DNA of 64,000 nt from assembly GCA_016195085.1 (NCBI GenBank), contig JACQAG010000054.1, positions 7,045 to 71,044 on the forward strand, in the 5' to 3' direction. The notes under the pieces were generated by a model, which was given only the letters and a program-made list of their open reading frames with translations, was not told the origin of the DNA and did no database searches. This stretch comes from Pseudomonadota bacterium (GTDB lineage Bacteria > Pseudomonadota > Alphaproteobacteria > SHVZ01). Of this stretch, positions 47,982 to 57,334 are shown one piece after another. Position numbers and translations under genes: made by a program. Each line of letters opens with the position of its first letter. The first letter of the stretch is position 1.

Positions 47982-49881
47982 GGGCGGGCTCGGAACGCGC
48001 TCGGCACCATTCCCGCCATAATCCGCGACAGGCCGCTTCAAATTGGCGGGCATAGTCCCGGCCATCGGCAAGCGGAGAGGCGGCGATCTGTTGGCGCAAA
48101 TCCGCGCGGAGCCGGCGCAGGCGGCTCGGATCGCGAGCGAGCCCGACGGCAATCCGCACATAGGTCTCCGGGTCTCCGGCCACCAGCGTCTCTAGGCCGA
48201 CCCGGACCAGCATGCTGGCGCCCTGACGGGCGACCAAGGTGTTTCCTGCGAGCGTGACGATAGGCACGCCCATCCACAGGACTTCGGCGCTCGACAGGCC
48301 GCCGGTGAAGGGCAGAGGGTCGAGCGCGATGTCGACGCTACCCAGCGCCGCCAGATGGCCGCGGGCAGCGGGCACGCGGCCGAGATACCGGACCCGCTCC
48401 CGGTCGATACCGGCTTCGGCGAGGGAATAGGTCAACCGCCGCCTCGGCCCCGACTCGGAGAGCGCGATCGCCTTCACCAGCAAACGCGCCTCCGGCAGCG
48501 CATCCAGGATGCGCGCCCAAAGCGTTAGGGTCTCGGGCGTCAGCTTGGTAAGGTTGTTGAAGGAGCCGAGCGTCACATGTCCCGAGCGGTCAGCCGGCAA
48601 AGGCTCGACCGCCGGGGCGTCCTGTGGCGGCTCGAACACGGCAAAGCCGGCATCGAGGCGCAGGAGCCGGTCCTGGTCGGCATCAGCGCCATCGCCCGGC
48701 GGATCCAGCCAGCGGTCGGTGATCCTGGCGTCGATGGCGCTCAAGCCGGTCGCGGTCACGTGATTGAGGGCGGCGATCTGGATGGGGGCCTTGCGGCAGG
48801 CGAAGCGGCGCCGATCGCGGGCGAGGTAGCCGGTGACCGACACCATGATGTCGACGCCATCGGCGCGGGCGGCGGCGGCGACGGCGTCGTCGTCCAATCC
48901 GGCGATGTCGCGCCAACCGTCCGCCATGGCGCGCAGACGTTCGGTATCGTCATCCGGCCGCGCCACCTCGGCATAGCCCAGAACCCGGAACCGGTGGCGA
49001 TCATGGTGAGCCCACAGCGGGCGCAGTTGCATGAGGAATTGATGCCGCCTCAGGTCCGGAGAGAGGTAGGCGATGGTCAGTCGACGCTCGGGGTCGGCGG
49101 AATTGGCGAAGCTTGGTGCCGGCCCGCAATTCCTCTCGGCCATGCGCCCCCAACGGCGACTTGCCCGCGACTGCCGAGCGGCGTCGGATTCGGGCATGAA
49201 GCAAAGCGCGAAGATGAGGTTGCTGTGGGGATCATCGTCCTCGGGCTTCAGAGCGATGGCACGGTCATAGGCGCGGACCGCATCGGCAAAGCGGCCGCGA
49301 TCCCTGAGATGGTTGGCGCGGTTGAACCACGCCTCGGCATAGGCCGGCTCCAAGGCGAGCGCGCGGGCGAAGCGAGCCTCGGCGCGGTCGTCGTCGGCGA
49401 GTGCTGCCAGCGAGCCCAAGGCGAACCAGGCATCGGCATAGTTGAAATCGTGGGCGATCGTCCGCCACAAGGTGCGCTCGGCCGCGGCACCTTCTCCTTC
49501 GTCAACGAGCGCGCCGCCCAGATTGGTCAATATCGGCACCACCCCAGGAGCCAGCGCCACCGCCCGGCGGTAGGAGCCCGCGGCCTCCTCGCCTCGCCCG
49601 AGGCGCTTCAGCGCGTTGCCGAGATTGCTGTGGTAAAGCGCTTGATCGGAGGAGATTTGGATGGCGCGACCGATCAGGTCTATCGATTCGGCGGGACGGC
49701 CCATGTCGGAAAAGGCCACACCGAGGAGATGCAATGCATCGGCGTGCTGCTGCTCGCGCTGGAGAATCGCACGATAGAGTTGGGCCGCTTCGCCGATGCG
49801 CCCGGCGCCATGCAGGCTGATCGCTTGCGCCAGGATCTCGCTCACTAGCATCGGCCGGCGGGGCTCAGTCGACATGGGCAA
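47965..49881 (-). CDS. TPR + GT41 FlmG-like glycosyltransferase (paralog 9)
   Basis: 638 aa. VTLGSFNNLTKLT, VDIALDPLPFTGGLSSAEVLWMGVPIVTLAGN. 3' end overlaps the convergent paralog 8 by 17 nt. Confidence 0.8.
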   Translation of the reverse strand: MPMSTEPRRPMLVSEILAQAISLHGAGRIGEAAQLYRAILQREQQHADALHLLGVAFSDMGRPAESIDLIGRAIQISSDQALYHSNLGNALKRLGRGEEAAGSYRRAVALAPGVVPILTNLGGALVDEGEGAAAERTLWRTIAHDFNYADAWFALGSLAALADDDRAEARFARALALEPAYAEAWFNRANHLRDRGRFADAVRAYDRAIALKPEDDDPHSNLIFALCFMPESDAARQSRASRRWGRMAERNCGPAPSFANSADPERRLTIAYLSPDLRRHQFLMQLRPLWAHHDRHRFRVLGYAEVARPDDDTERLRAMADGWRDIAGLDDDAVAAAARADGVDIMVSVTGYLARDRRRFACRKAPIQIAALNHVTATGLSAIDARITDRWLDPPGDGADADQDRLLRLDAGFAVFEPPQDAPAVEPLPADRSGHVTLGSFNNLTKLTPETLTLWARILDALPEARLLVKAIALSESGPRRRLTYSLAEAGIDRERVRYLGRVPAARGHLAALGSVDIALDPLPFTGGLSSAEVLWMGVPIVTLAGNTLVARQGASMLVRVGLETLVAGDPETYVRIAVGLARDPSRLRRLRADLRQQIAASPLADGRDYARQFEAACRGLWREWCRARSEPALNPRA

Positions 49882-49925
49882 AGGCCCCTGGATCTGCGCG
49901 CCCCAACCGGCTAAACCCTAGGCCG

Positions 49926-50918
49926 ATGTCGATTTTTACCGGCAAGAACGTGCTCGTCACCGGCGGCACCGGCCTCATCGGTCGCCCGTTGGTGGAAATG
50001 CTGCTTGCCGAGCGGGCGGCGGTGCGCGTCGCCTCGCTCGACGATCCATCACGGGTGGTGCCGGGGGCCGAGTTTCGTCGTCTCGACCTTACGGTGCTCG
50101 ACAATTGCCTCGAGGCTTGCCGCGACATCGATCATGTCTTTCATCTTGCCGGCATCAAAGGCTCGCCGGCAATGACGCATTCCCGGCCGGCCAGCTTCTT
50201 CTTCCCGACGATCTCGTTCAACACCAACATGATGGAGGCGGCGCGCCGGTGTGCCGTCGAGCGCTATCTCTTCACCTCCACCGTCGGCGTCTATTCCCCG
50301 GCGGAGGTGATGCACGAGGACGATGTCTGGCGGAGCTTCCCCTCGCCGAACGATCGCTTCGCCGGATGGGCGAAGCGCATGGGCGAGCTGCAGGCGGAGG
50401 CTTATGCGCTCGAATATGGCTGGGACAAGATCGGCATCGTGCGGCCGCCCAACGTCTATGGACCGTTCGACAACTTCGATCCCGAGGGCGGCATGGTCGT
50501 GCCCTCGCTCATTCGCCGCGCCGTCGACGGCGAGCGGCCGCTGACGGTCTGGGGCGACGGCACGCCGGTGCGCGACTTCATCCATGCCCGCGACGTGGCC
50601 CGCGGCATGCTGGTTGTGATGGAGAAGGGACTCGGCCCTCCGGTCAATCTCGGCTCCGGGACCGGAACCTCGATTCGCCGGCTGGTCGAGGTCGTGGTCG
50701 CCGCGCTGGGCGAGCCCTGCGAGGTCGCGTGGGATACCAGCAAGCCGGCAGGCGACCGCATGCGGGTGCTGGACGTCGCGCGCGCGCGCGCGATCGGCTT
50801 TGAGGCGGAGGTCTCGATCGAGGACGGTATCGCCGAGACCCTGGCTTGGTACCGAGCCAACCGCGCCGGTCTGCCCAAAAGGTACGACGTGTTCAAGGAT
50901 CAAGTCTTCCGGCCCTGA
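49926..50918 (+). CDS. NAD-dependent epimerase/dehydratase (SDR) family protein
   Basis: 330 aa. VLVTGGTGLIGRPL. Paralog of 29921-30910, sharing ...VRPPNVYGPFDNFDPEGGMVVPSLI. Confidence 0.8.
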   Translation: MSIFTGKNVLVTGGTGLIGRPLVEMLLAERAAVRVASLDDPSRVVPGAEFRRLDLTVLDNCLEACRDIDHVFHLAGIKGSPAMTHSRPASFFFPTISFNTNMMEAARRCAVERYLFTSTVGVYSPAEVMHEDDVWRSFPSPNDRFAGWAKRMGELQAEAYALEYGWDKIGIVRPPNVYGPFDNFDPEGGMVVPSLIRRAVDGERPLTVWGDGTPVRDFIHARDVARGMLVVMEKGLGPPVNLGSGTGTSIRRLVEVVVAALGEPCEVAWDTSKPAGDRMRVLDVARARAIGFEAEVSIEDGIAETLAWYRANRAGLPKRYDVFKDQVFRP

Positions 50919-51016
50919 CGTCGTGCGCATACCTGACATGCTGCGACGGTCATGGAATGTCTCAAATGGTGTTACCAATTGCCATCCTGTCGGGGGCCAA
51001 GACAGGAGCGATCGTC

Positions 51017-51271
51017 ATGAGCAGGAATATGGTGTTTGCGACCGTCGCGGCGGCATTTCTCGGCCTTGTCGGGCCGGCCGTCGCAGGCGATCCGCCTACG
51101 GCGGATACGACCGTGACCTTCCAGTGCCCGGGAGAATCGCCGCAGCAGTTCCACTACTACGGCTCTCGCGCAGGACGCAGCGACGAAACCGCCAAATTGG
51201 AGGCCCAGTGGTACTGGAACCGGACGCGAGCCGATCATGGAGCAGGCTGCACGATCCTCAGCCCAAAATAG
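51017..51271 (+). CDS. small secreted hypothetical protein (signal peptide, 2 Cys)
   Basis: 84 aa from ATG 51017, preceded by an AGGAG SD. MSRNMVFATVAAAFLGLVGPAVA/GD signal-peptide-like N-terminus. The longer ORF-track start is rejected. Confidence 0.35.
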   Translation: MSRNMVFATVAAAFLGLVGPAVAGDPPTADTTVTFQCPGESPQQFHYYGSRAGRSDETAKLEAQWYWNRTRADHGAGCTILSPK

Positions 51272-51296
51272 CTATCGGACGCCGCCGCGCCGCATC

Positions 51297-52301
51297 CTAG
51301 TCGTCGACCTGCCCATCGGGCTCGTAGACGATGATGCGGCTGCCGGCGGCGCCGATCCCGACGGGGACGTGGATGAGCCGGCTCAAACGGTCGGTGACCG
51401 CCGCGCGCTTGCCGGGCTCGACGAGGAAAGCCATGAAGCCGCCGCCGCCGGCGCCGAGGAGCTTGCCGCCGGTGGCGCCAGCGGCCATCGCCGCCTCGTA
51501 GATCTCGTCGATATGCGCGTTGGACACGCTGTCGGCGAGCTCGCGCTTCAGCCGCCAGCCCTCGTGCAGGAGCCGGCCCAGCTCCGTCATCTTGCGCATC
51601 GGGTTCGTCAAGATCGCCTCGGCCTCGTCCACCATCTGGGTCATGGTGCGCAGCTGGGTGGCACGCTTGTCGAGATTGGCGATCTTCTCCCTGGCGATGT
51701 CGGTCGAATAGCGCGAAACGCCGGTGAAGAACAGCAGCAGCCCTTGCTCGAGCTCCTGGCGCTTCACGTCGGGGATGACGATCGGCCGCACCTCGAAGCG
51801 CCCGTCGGTGCCGAAATTGATGCGCGCGAGGCCGCCATAGGCGGCCCAGATCTGGTCCTGGCTGCCGACGCTCTCGCCGATGATTTCCTGCTCGATGCGG
51901 ATCGTCTCTTCCGCAAGCTTGCGCTTGGTGATCATCTTGCCTTGCAAGGCGAAGAGCGCGTTGAGCAGCCCGGCGGTGAAGGACGAGCTGGATCCGAGGC
52001 CGGAGCGCGCCGGCAGATCGCCATCATGGTGGATCTCGATGCCGGACTCGAACGGGTGCTCCTGCAGGACGGCGCGCACCGAGGGATGGACGATGTCGTC
52101 GATGGCCTTCACCAGCTCGATGCGGGCGTAGACGATCCGGTGCTTGTGCTCGAAGAACGGCGGCAGCGGCCTGACGGTGATGTAGCAGTATTTGTTGATG
52201 GCCGTTCCCAGCACGGCGCCCCCGTGCTCCCGGTACCATCTCGGATAGTCCGTACCGCCTCCGAACAGAGATACGCGGAACGGGGTGCGACTGATGATCA
52301 T
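51297..52301 (-). CDS. GHMP-family sugar kinase, HddA-like (D-glycero-D-manno-heptose 7-phosphate kinase-type)
   Basis: Start at MIISRTPFRVSLFGGGTDYP (ATGA overlap with upstream gene). GHMP motif PARSGLGSSSS. The ORF-track N-terminal extension is rejected. Confidence 0.7.
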   Translation of the reverse strand: MIISRTPFRVSLFGGGTDYPRWYREHGGAVLGTAINKYCYITVRPLPPFFEHKHRIVYARIELVKAIDDIVHPSVRAVLQEHPFESGIEIHHDGDLPARSGLGSSSSFTAGLLNALFALQGKMITKRKLAEETIRIEQEIIGESVGSQDQIWAAYGGLARINFGTDGRFEVRPIVIPDVKRQELEQGLLLFFTGVSRYSTDIAREKIANLDKRATQLRTMTQMVDEAEAILTNPMRKMTELGRLLHEGWRLKRELADSVSNAHIDEIYEAAMAAGATGGKLLGAGGGGFMAFLVEPGKRAAVTDRLSRLIHVPVGIGAAGSRIIVYEPDGQVDD

Positions 52302-53041
52302 GAGTCCTCGCCGACCGGACGCCGGGATTCCCGGAAGAACGCGGTCGCTCCCGACAGGCTTTCGGGCGTGCCGATGTCGATGAATGCCCCCTGGCGCACC
52401 ACCGCATGTAGCGCACTTGGCTGGAGCTTTTCCAGGAAATCCCGCTCGAGCGACGGACCATCGCTGCCGGCCAGGCGATCCAGCGCCTGCCGTCCGAAGC
52501 AGTACAGCCCGGCATTGATGAGAGCGGGGCCCGCGCTGGACGGATCCTTCTCGACGAAGCGCTCGACATTGCCCTGGCGGCCCACGATCACGCGGCCGTA
52601 GCGTCTGGCGTCGGCGACCTCCACGCACAGCATCGAGGCTTCGGCGCCGCTCTTTTGATGCTCGCTCACCACACCCGCCAGCTCGACCTCGACGGCGCTG
52701 TCGCCATTCAACACCAGCACCGGATCGGAATGGAGCTGCTTCATGGCGAATCTGAGCGCGCCAGCGGTTCCCAGCGGCGCCGGCTCGACCACGGGGATGA
52801 CGGACAGGCGATCCGGCGCTCTGCCGCTCAGATGCGCCAGAACACGCTCGGCCAGGTGGCCGAGGCAGAGCACGACCCGTTCGAGCCCGGCTGCTTCGAG
52901 CCGGACGAGCAACAAATCGAGAAAGGTGGTGCCACCGATCGGCGCCAGGACTTTCGGTGTGCTGCCGAGCACGCCCGCGATGCGGGTGCCCTGGCCCCCG
53001 GCGAGCACCACCGCGTCGATCTTGGCTAAGGTCCCGGGCAT
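52298..53041 (-). CDS. sugar-1-phosphate nucleotidyltransferase, HddC-like (guanylyltransferase-type)
   Basis: Start MPGTLAKIDAVVLAGGQGTRI (G-x-G-T-R nucleotidyltransferase motif). Immediately upstream of the GHMP kinase, as in hddC-hddA pairs. Confidence 0.7.
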   Translation of the reverse strand: MPGTLAKIDAVVLAGGQGTRIAGVLGSTPKVLAPIGGTTFLDLLLVRLEAAGLERVVLCLGHLAERVLAHLSGRAPDRLSVIPVVEPAPLGTAGALRFAMKQLHSDPVLVLNGDSAVEVELAGVVSEHQKSGAEASMLCVEVADARRYGRVIVGRQGNVERFVEKDPSSAGPALINAGLYCFGRQALDRLAGSDGPSLERDFLEKLQPSALHAVVRQGAFIDIGTPESLSGATAFFRESRRPVGEDS

Positions 53042-53075
53042 GGTCCTGAAGCCGTTGCGCCCGGCATGAGCCCGT

Positions 53076-54029
53076 TCACGCGGCGCGGCGGACGGTCTCA
53101 CGATACCAGCCGTGAGTCCGTCCGAGACCCGTGTCGAGATCGGTCCGGGGTTTCCAGCCCATGGCGGCCAGGCGCGAGCCTTCGAGGCGTTTCAGCGGCA
53201 TGCCGTCGGGCTTGTCGGCGAGGTATCGGAATTCGCCATGATAGCCGATCACGGCGGCGATGCGGCTCGCGAGCTCGGCGATCGACACGTCCTCGCCCAG
53301 GCCGAGATTGATGACGCGCTCATTGCTGTATCGTTCCATGAGGAAGACGAGGCCGTCGGCGGCATCGTCGACGTAGAGGAACTCCCGCCTTGGCGTGCCC
53401 GTGCCCCAGATCTCCACCGGACCGCCGGACGACGTCGCCGCATCGACCTTGCGGATCAGCGCCGGCACGACATGGCTGGAGCCGAGATCGAAGTTGTCGC
53501 CGGGACCGTAGAGGTTGGTCGGAATGACGGCGATGAAATCCTTGCCATGCTGGCGGCGATAGGCCTGGCAGAGCTTGATGCCGGCGATCTTGGCCACCGC
53601 ATACCACTCATTCGTCGGCTCGAGCGGACCAGTGAGCAGCGCCTCCTCACGCATGGGCTGGGCGCAGAGCCTCGGATAGACGCAAGATGAACCGAGGAAC
53701 ATCAGCTTGGCGACCCCAGCCTTGGCCGCAGCATGGATGACGTTCGCCTCGATCGCCAGGTTGTCGTAGAGAAACTCCGCCGGCCGGCTGTCATTGGCGA
53801 GGATGCCGCCGACGACGGCGGCGGCGAGAATGATCGCGTCGGGCCGCATCTCGGCGAGCCATGCCTCGACCGCCGCCTGCTGCCTCAAATCGAGCGCCGC
53901 CCGCTCGACCGTCAAGACCGTCGCGCCGTCGGCCGCCAGCCGGCGCGCCAGCGCCGCGCCGACCATGCCCTTGTGTCCGGCGACCCAGACGCGCTTGTGG
54001 GCGAGGGGGAACAACGTGCCTGCCGCCAT
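53076..54029 (-). CDS. fcl: GDP-L-fucose synthase-like epimerase/reductase (Fcl/WcaG; possibly ColC-type)
   Basis: 317 aa. KRVWVAGHKGMVGAAL Fcl N-terminus, conserved S-x-YA-x-AK catalytic region (NEWYAVAKIAG). Confidence 0.8.
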   Translation of the reverse strand: MAAGTLFPLAHKRVWVAGHKGMVGAALARRLAADGATVLTVERAALDLRQQAAVEAWLAEMRPDAIILAAAVVGGILANDSRPAEFLYDNLAIEANVIHAAAKAGVAKLMFLGSSCVYPRLCAQPMREEALLTGPLEPTNEWYAVAKIAGIKLCQAYRRQHGKDFIAVIPTNLYGPGDNFDLGSSHVVPALIRKVDAATSSGGPVEIWGTGTPRREFLYVDDAADGLVFLMERYSNERVINLGLGEDVSIAELASRIAAVIGYHGEFRYLADKPDGMPLKRLEGSRLAAMGWKPRTDLDTGLGRTHGWYRETVRRAA

Positions 54030-54039
54030 GGTCCTGGCC

Positions 54040-54984
54040 TCAGACGTTCGAGTACACCGAGTTCTGCAGCATGGTGTAGCCCTTGATCATCTCCTTGATG
54101 CCGTCGTCGAGGCTGTATTTCGGCCGGAAGCCAGTCTGCTCGATCTTGGCGTTGGAGACGATGTAGTCGCGCTTGTCCGGATCTTCACCGATTGGCGCCT
54201 CGAGAAAGACGAACTTGGGCAGATGCGTGCGAATGCGCTCGCACAGCTCCAGCTTCGACAAATTCGCATCCGACAGGCCGACATTATAGGCCTGGTCGCG
54301 CATCTCCTCGAAATTGGCGAGCCCGTGCAGGAAGGTGCGGGCGACGTCGCGGACGTGGATAAAGTTGCGCTTGAAGTGCGGCTCGAACAGCACCACCGCG
54401 CGGTCGTTGAGGGCGCGATAGACGAAGTCATTGACCAGGAGGTCGATACGCATGCGCGGGCTCATGCCGAACACAGTGGCGAGCCGGAAGCTGATGGCGT
54501 TCCCGTGCTCGAGCGCGATCGCCTCCGCCTCGACCTTGGTACGGCCATAGAGGGAGATGGGGTTGAGCGAGTCGTTCTCGGTGATCGCCTTGCCCTTCTG
54601 GCCGATGCCATAGCCGGAATTGGTGATCGGCATCAGCAGGCGCTGGCCGCGGCTCATCAGCTTCGTCAGGCTGGCGATGGCGTCGCGGTTGACGCTGACG
54701 GCACCGATCTTGTCGCGGTCGCAAAGCGGGGCGCCAACCAAGGCGGCGAGCGGAATTACCACGTCGGCCTGCTTCAGGAGCGGCTTCAGGGTCGCCTCGT
54801 CGCGCGCATCGCCGCGGACCACCGAAAAGTTCGGATCGGCGCACACGTGGTTGAGCGAATTCTGCTTGAACAGGAAATTATCGATCACGGCGACTCGATG
54901 GCCGTCGGCCAGGAGTGCCGGCACCAGCGTGGATCCGAGATAGCCGGCGCCGCCGGTCACGACGATCGAGTAGGTCTGAGCCAT
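54040..54984 (-). CDS. NAD(P)-dependent sugar epimerase/reductase (short SDR, extended type)
   Basis: 314 aa. IVVTGGAGYLGS, YxxxK (LYGRTKVEAE). Possibly the 4-reductase or 4,6-dehydratase of the pathway; function not resolved. Confidence 0.7.
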   Translation of the reverse strand: MAQTYSIVVTGGAGYLGSTLVPALLADGHRVAVIDNFLFKQNSLNHVCADPNFSVVRGDARDEATLKPLLKQADVVIPLAALVGAPLCDRDKIGAVSVNRDAIASLTKLMSRGQRLLMPITNSGYGIGQKGKAITENDSLNPISLYGRTKVEAEAIALEHGNAISFRLATVFGMSPRMRIDLLVNDFVYRALNDRAVVLFEPHFKRNFIHVRDVARTFLHGLANFEEMRDQAYNVGLSDANLSKLELCERIRTHLPKFVFLEAPIGEDPDKRDYIVSNAKIEQTGFRPKYSLDDGIKEMIKGYTMLQNSVYSNV

Positions 54985-55047
54985 GCGCGCAATCCTAGCA
55001 GATTCGCCTTGGGGAGGGACGCCTCAGGCGCCGTCTGCGTCGCTGCG

Positions 55048-56226
55048 TCAATTGCAGGTGCGGTCGAGCACGTGGTGCAGGCGTTCGATCTGCGCCGTGA
55101 GGTCGGTCGGATGGTTGCCGACGAAGAAGCCGTGGTCGTGAGCGGTATCCGCGTTCGGCGTCGACCCGCCCACGACCTCGTAGTCGAAATACTTGATGGC
55201 GGGATGCCTGAGGAAATTGCCGCCGGTGATGATGCGGAAGCCGATATCGGCTTCCTTGAGCGCGGCGAACACCCGCTCGCGCGCGATGTTGCGCTCGGGG
55301 TTGAGGATGATGGTGAAGGAGAAGGCGGAGCTCTTGCCGTTCTCGCGCTGGATGATGAAGCGGGGATCCTTGCCCAGGAGCTGGTGAAACAGCGCCATGT
55401 TCCGGCGCCGCTGCACGGTCATTCCCGGCAGCTTCTTCAGCTGCTCCACGCCGATCGCTCCCGAAAGCTCGATCGGCCGCACATTGTAGCCGGGCATGAT
55501 GAACTTATAGGCTTCGTAGAAGTCGCTTCCCGAACGGCGATAGACCGGGCTGTCGGGCGGCAGATCGCGGGTCCAGCCGTGGTTGCGGATGACACGCATG
55601 AGATGCGCGAGCTCCGTATCGTCGGTGATCACCATCCCGCCTTCCATGGTCGAGATGTGGTGGGAGAAGAAGGTGCTGTGCGTACCGACATCGCCGAAGG
55701 TGCCAGCCTTGCGGCCCGCCAGCTCGGCATCCATGGACTCGCAATTGTCTTCCATGAAGAACAGGCCCTGCGCGTCGGCGAAGCGCCGCATGGCGTCGAG
55801 CGCAGCCGGATTCCCGAGGATCGAGACGGCAAGGATCATGCGCGTGCGGGCCCCAAGCGCGGCCTCGAGCTTGGAGACATCCATGTTGAGGGTCTCGAGC
55901 TCGACATCGACGAACTTCAGCTTGAGGCCGTATTGCTGCAGGGGATGATAGGTGGTGCTCCAGGAAATGGCGGGCACGATCACCTCGTCGCCGCGCTGGA
56001 GAGGTCTGTCCTTCTTGTGGAAGAAGGCCGCGACCGCCACCAGGTTGGCCGAGGATCCGGAGTTCACCATGACCGCATGCTTGGCGCCGAAATAGGCGGC
56101 GAACGCCTCCTCGAAGGCGCGCACATTCGGACCCATGGTGAACTGTCCCGACGCGATCACACGGTTGATCGCCTCGATCTCCTCCTGGCCCCAGGTCGGG
56201 GTGGCGAGCTCGTAGAACATCCTCAC
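55048..56226 (-). CDS. DegT/DnrJ/EryC1-family PLP enzyme with His replacing the Schiff-base Lys: ColD/E1-type NDP-4-keto-6-deoxyhexose 3-dehydratase
   Basis: 392 aa. FFSHHISTMEGG, where aminotransferases of this family have SFH..K.I...EGG; the His sits at the Lys position, as in ColD (GDP-4-keto-6-deoxy-mannose 3-dehydratase). No Fe-S Cys cluster, so ColD-like rather than E1. Confidence 0.7.
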   Translation of the reverse strand: MRMFYELATPTWGQEEIEAINRVIASGQFTMGPNVRAFEEAFAAYFGAKHAVMVNSGSSANLVAVAAFFHKKDRPLQRGDEVIVPAISWSTTYHPLQQYGLKLKFVDVELETLNMDVSKLEAALGARTRMILAVSILGNPAALDAMRRFADAQGLFFMEDNCESMDAELAGRKAGTFGDVGTHSTFFSHHISTMEGGMVITDDTELAHLMRVIRNHGWTRDLPPDSPVYRRSGSDFYEAYKFIMPGYNVRPIELSGAIGVEQLKKLPGMTVQRRRNMALFHQLLGKDPRFIIQRENGKSSAFSFTIILNPERNIARERVFAALKEADIGFRIITGGNFLRHPAIKYFDYEVVGGSTPNADTAHDHGFFVGNHPTDLTAQIERLHHVLDRTCN

Positions 56227-56260
56227 CCCGCCTTGCGCGTCATTGCCACGTGCGAGACCA

Positions 56261-57334
56261 TCAGAAGGGTCCGCGGAACTGGCTCTGGTAAGCGAGCTTG
56301 GCGCGCTCCGGATCGGGCCGCCAGGATTTGTCCTTCGGCTTGACCATGCGGTGTGCCGTCTCGGCGATCGTGCCGGGATTAGGGTAATAGAGCGCTTCCA
56401 GCGCCGGCGTCGTCGGGCAGGTCGTCGGCATGAAGCCCATGCGTTTGACGGCGATCCCGGCCTCCGACCCTACCTCCTCGAAGACCCGGGCGACGATTTC
56501 AGCCGAGGCCCCGCCGCAGGTCCAGGCATTGTCGACGACCAGAAGGCGCTTCGTGCGACGCGCCGAGGCGATGATGGTGTCCACGTCGAGCGGCACCAGG
56601 CTGATGGGATCGATCACTTCGGCGCGAATGCCGACCTCGGCCAGGAGCTCGGCCGATCTGAGGCACTCGACCACCATGTTGGACACGCCGACCATGGTTA
56701 TGTCGTCGCCCTTCATTGCCACCCGCCCCTTGCCGAGCGGCACCGTGAAGGGCGCCTCAGGCGTATAGGCTTCGGTCGGATAGAGGAGGCGGTGCTCGAC
56801 GAAGATCGTCGGGTTGTCGTCTCGAATGGCTGCGATGAGGCAGCCCTTGGCGTCATGGGCGTTGGACGGTGCGACGACCTTGAGGCCCGGCACATGCATG
56901 AACATGGCATGCAGACCCTGGCTGTGCTGCGCGCCTTGGCCCCAGGATTTGCCGATCATGCTGCGCACCACCATCGGCACCTTGACCGAGCCGCCATACA
57001 TGTAATGAGCCTTGGCGGCCATGTTGATGAGCTGGTTCATGCACAGCATGAGGAAGTCCATGCGGATGTGCACATGGATCGGCCGCATGCCGGCCATCGC
57101 CGCGCCGATCGCCATGCCCGACATCGCGTCTTCGGAGAGCGGCGTGTTGAATACGCGATCGCGACCGAAGCGCTGCTGCAATCCGAGGGTCGAGCCTTGA
57201 ATGCCCTTGGGATCGTCCACGTCGAGCCCGAACAGGAAGACCGAAGGGTCCCGCTCCATTTCTTGGATCACCGCTTCCTTGAGCGCATCCACATAGCGCA
57301 GGATGCGGCCGGGATGCGCCGCTTCAGGAGGCAT
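56261..57334 (-). CDS. TPP-dependent 2-oxoacid dehydrogenase E1 beta subunit (transketolase-like C-terminal half)
   Basis: 357 aa, PDH/acetoin-dehydrogenase E1-beta-like throughout. No E2/E3 genes nearby. Confidence 0.85.
   Translation of the reverse strand: MPPEAAHPGRILRYVDALKEAVIQEMERDPSVFLFGLDVDDPKGIQGSTLGLQQRFGRDRVFNTPLSEDAMSGMAIGAAMAGMRPIHVHIRMDFLMLCMNQLINMAAKAHYMYGGSVKVPMVVRSMIGKSWGQGAQHSQGLHAMFMHVPGLKVVAPSNAHDAKGCLIAAIRDDNPTIFVEHRLLYPTEAYTPEAPFTVPLGKGRVAMKGDDITMVGVSNMVVECLRSAELLAEVGIRAEVIDPISLVPLDVDTIIASARRTKRLLVVDNAWTCGGASAEIVARVFEEVGSEAGIAVKRMGFMPTTCPTTPALEALYYPNPGTIAETAHRMVKPKDKSWRPDPERAKLAYQSQFRGPF

Noticed and set aside
55048-56226. Calling the PLP enzyme a sugar aminotransferase (perosamine synthase-like)
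   Set aside because: The Schiff-base Lys position is occupied by His (SHH), which is diagnostic of 3-dehydratases rather than aminotransferases.
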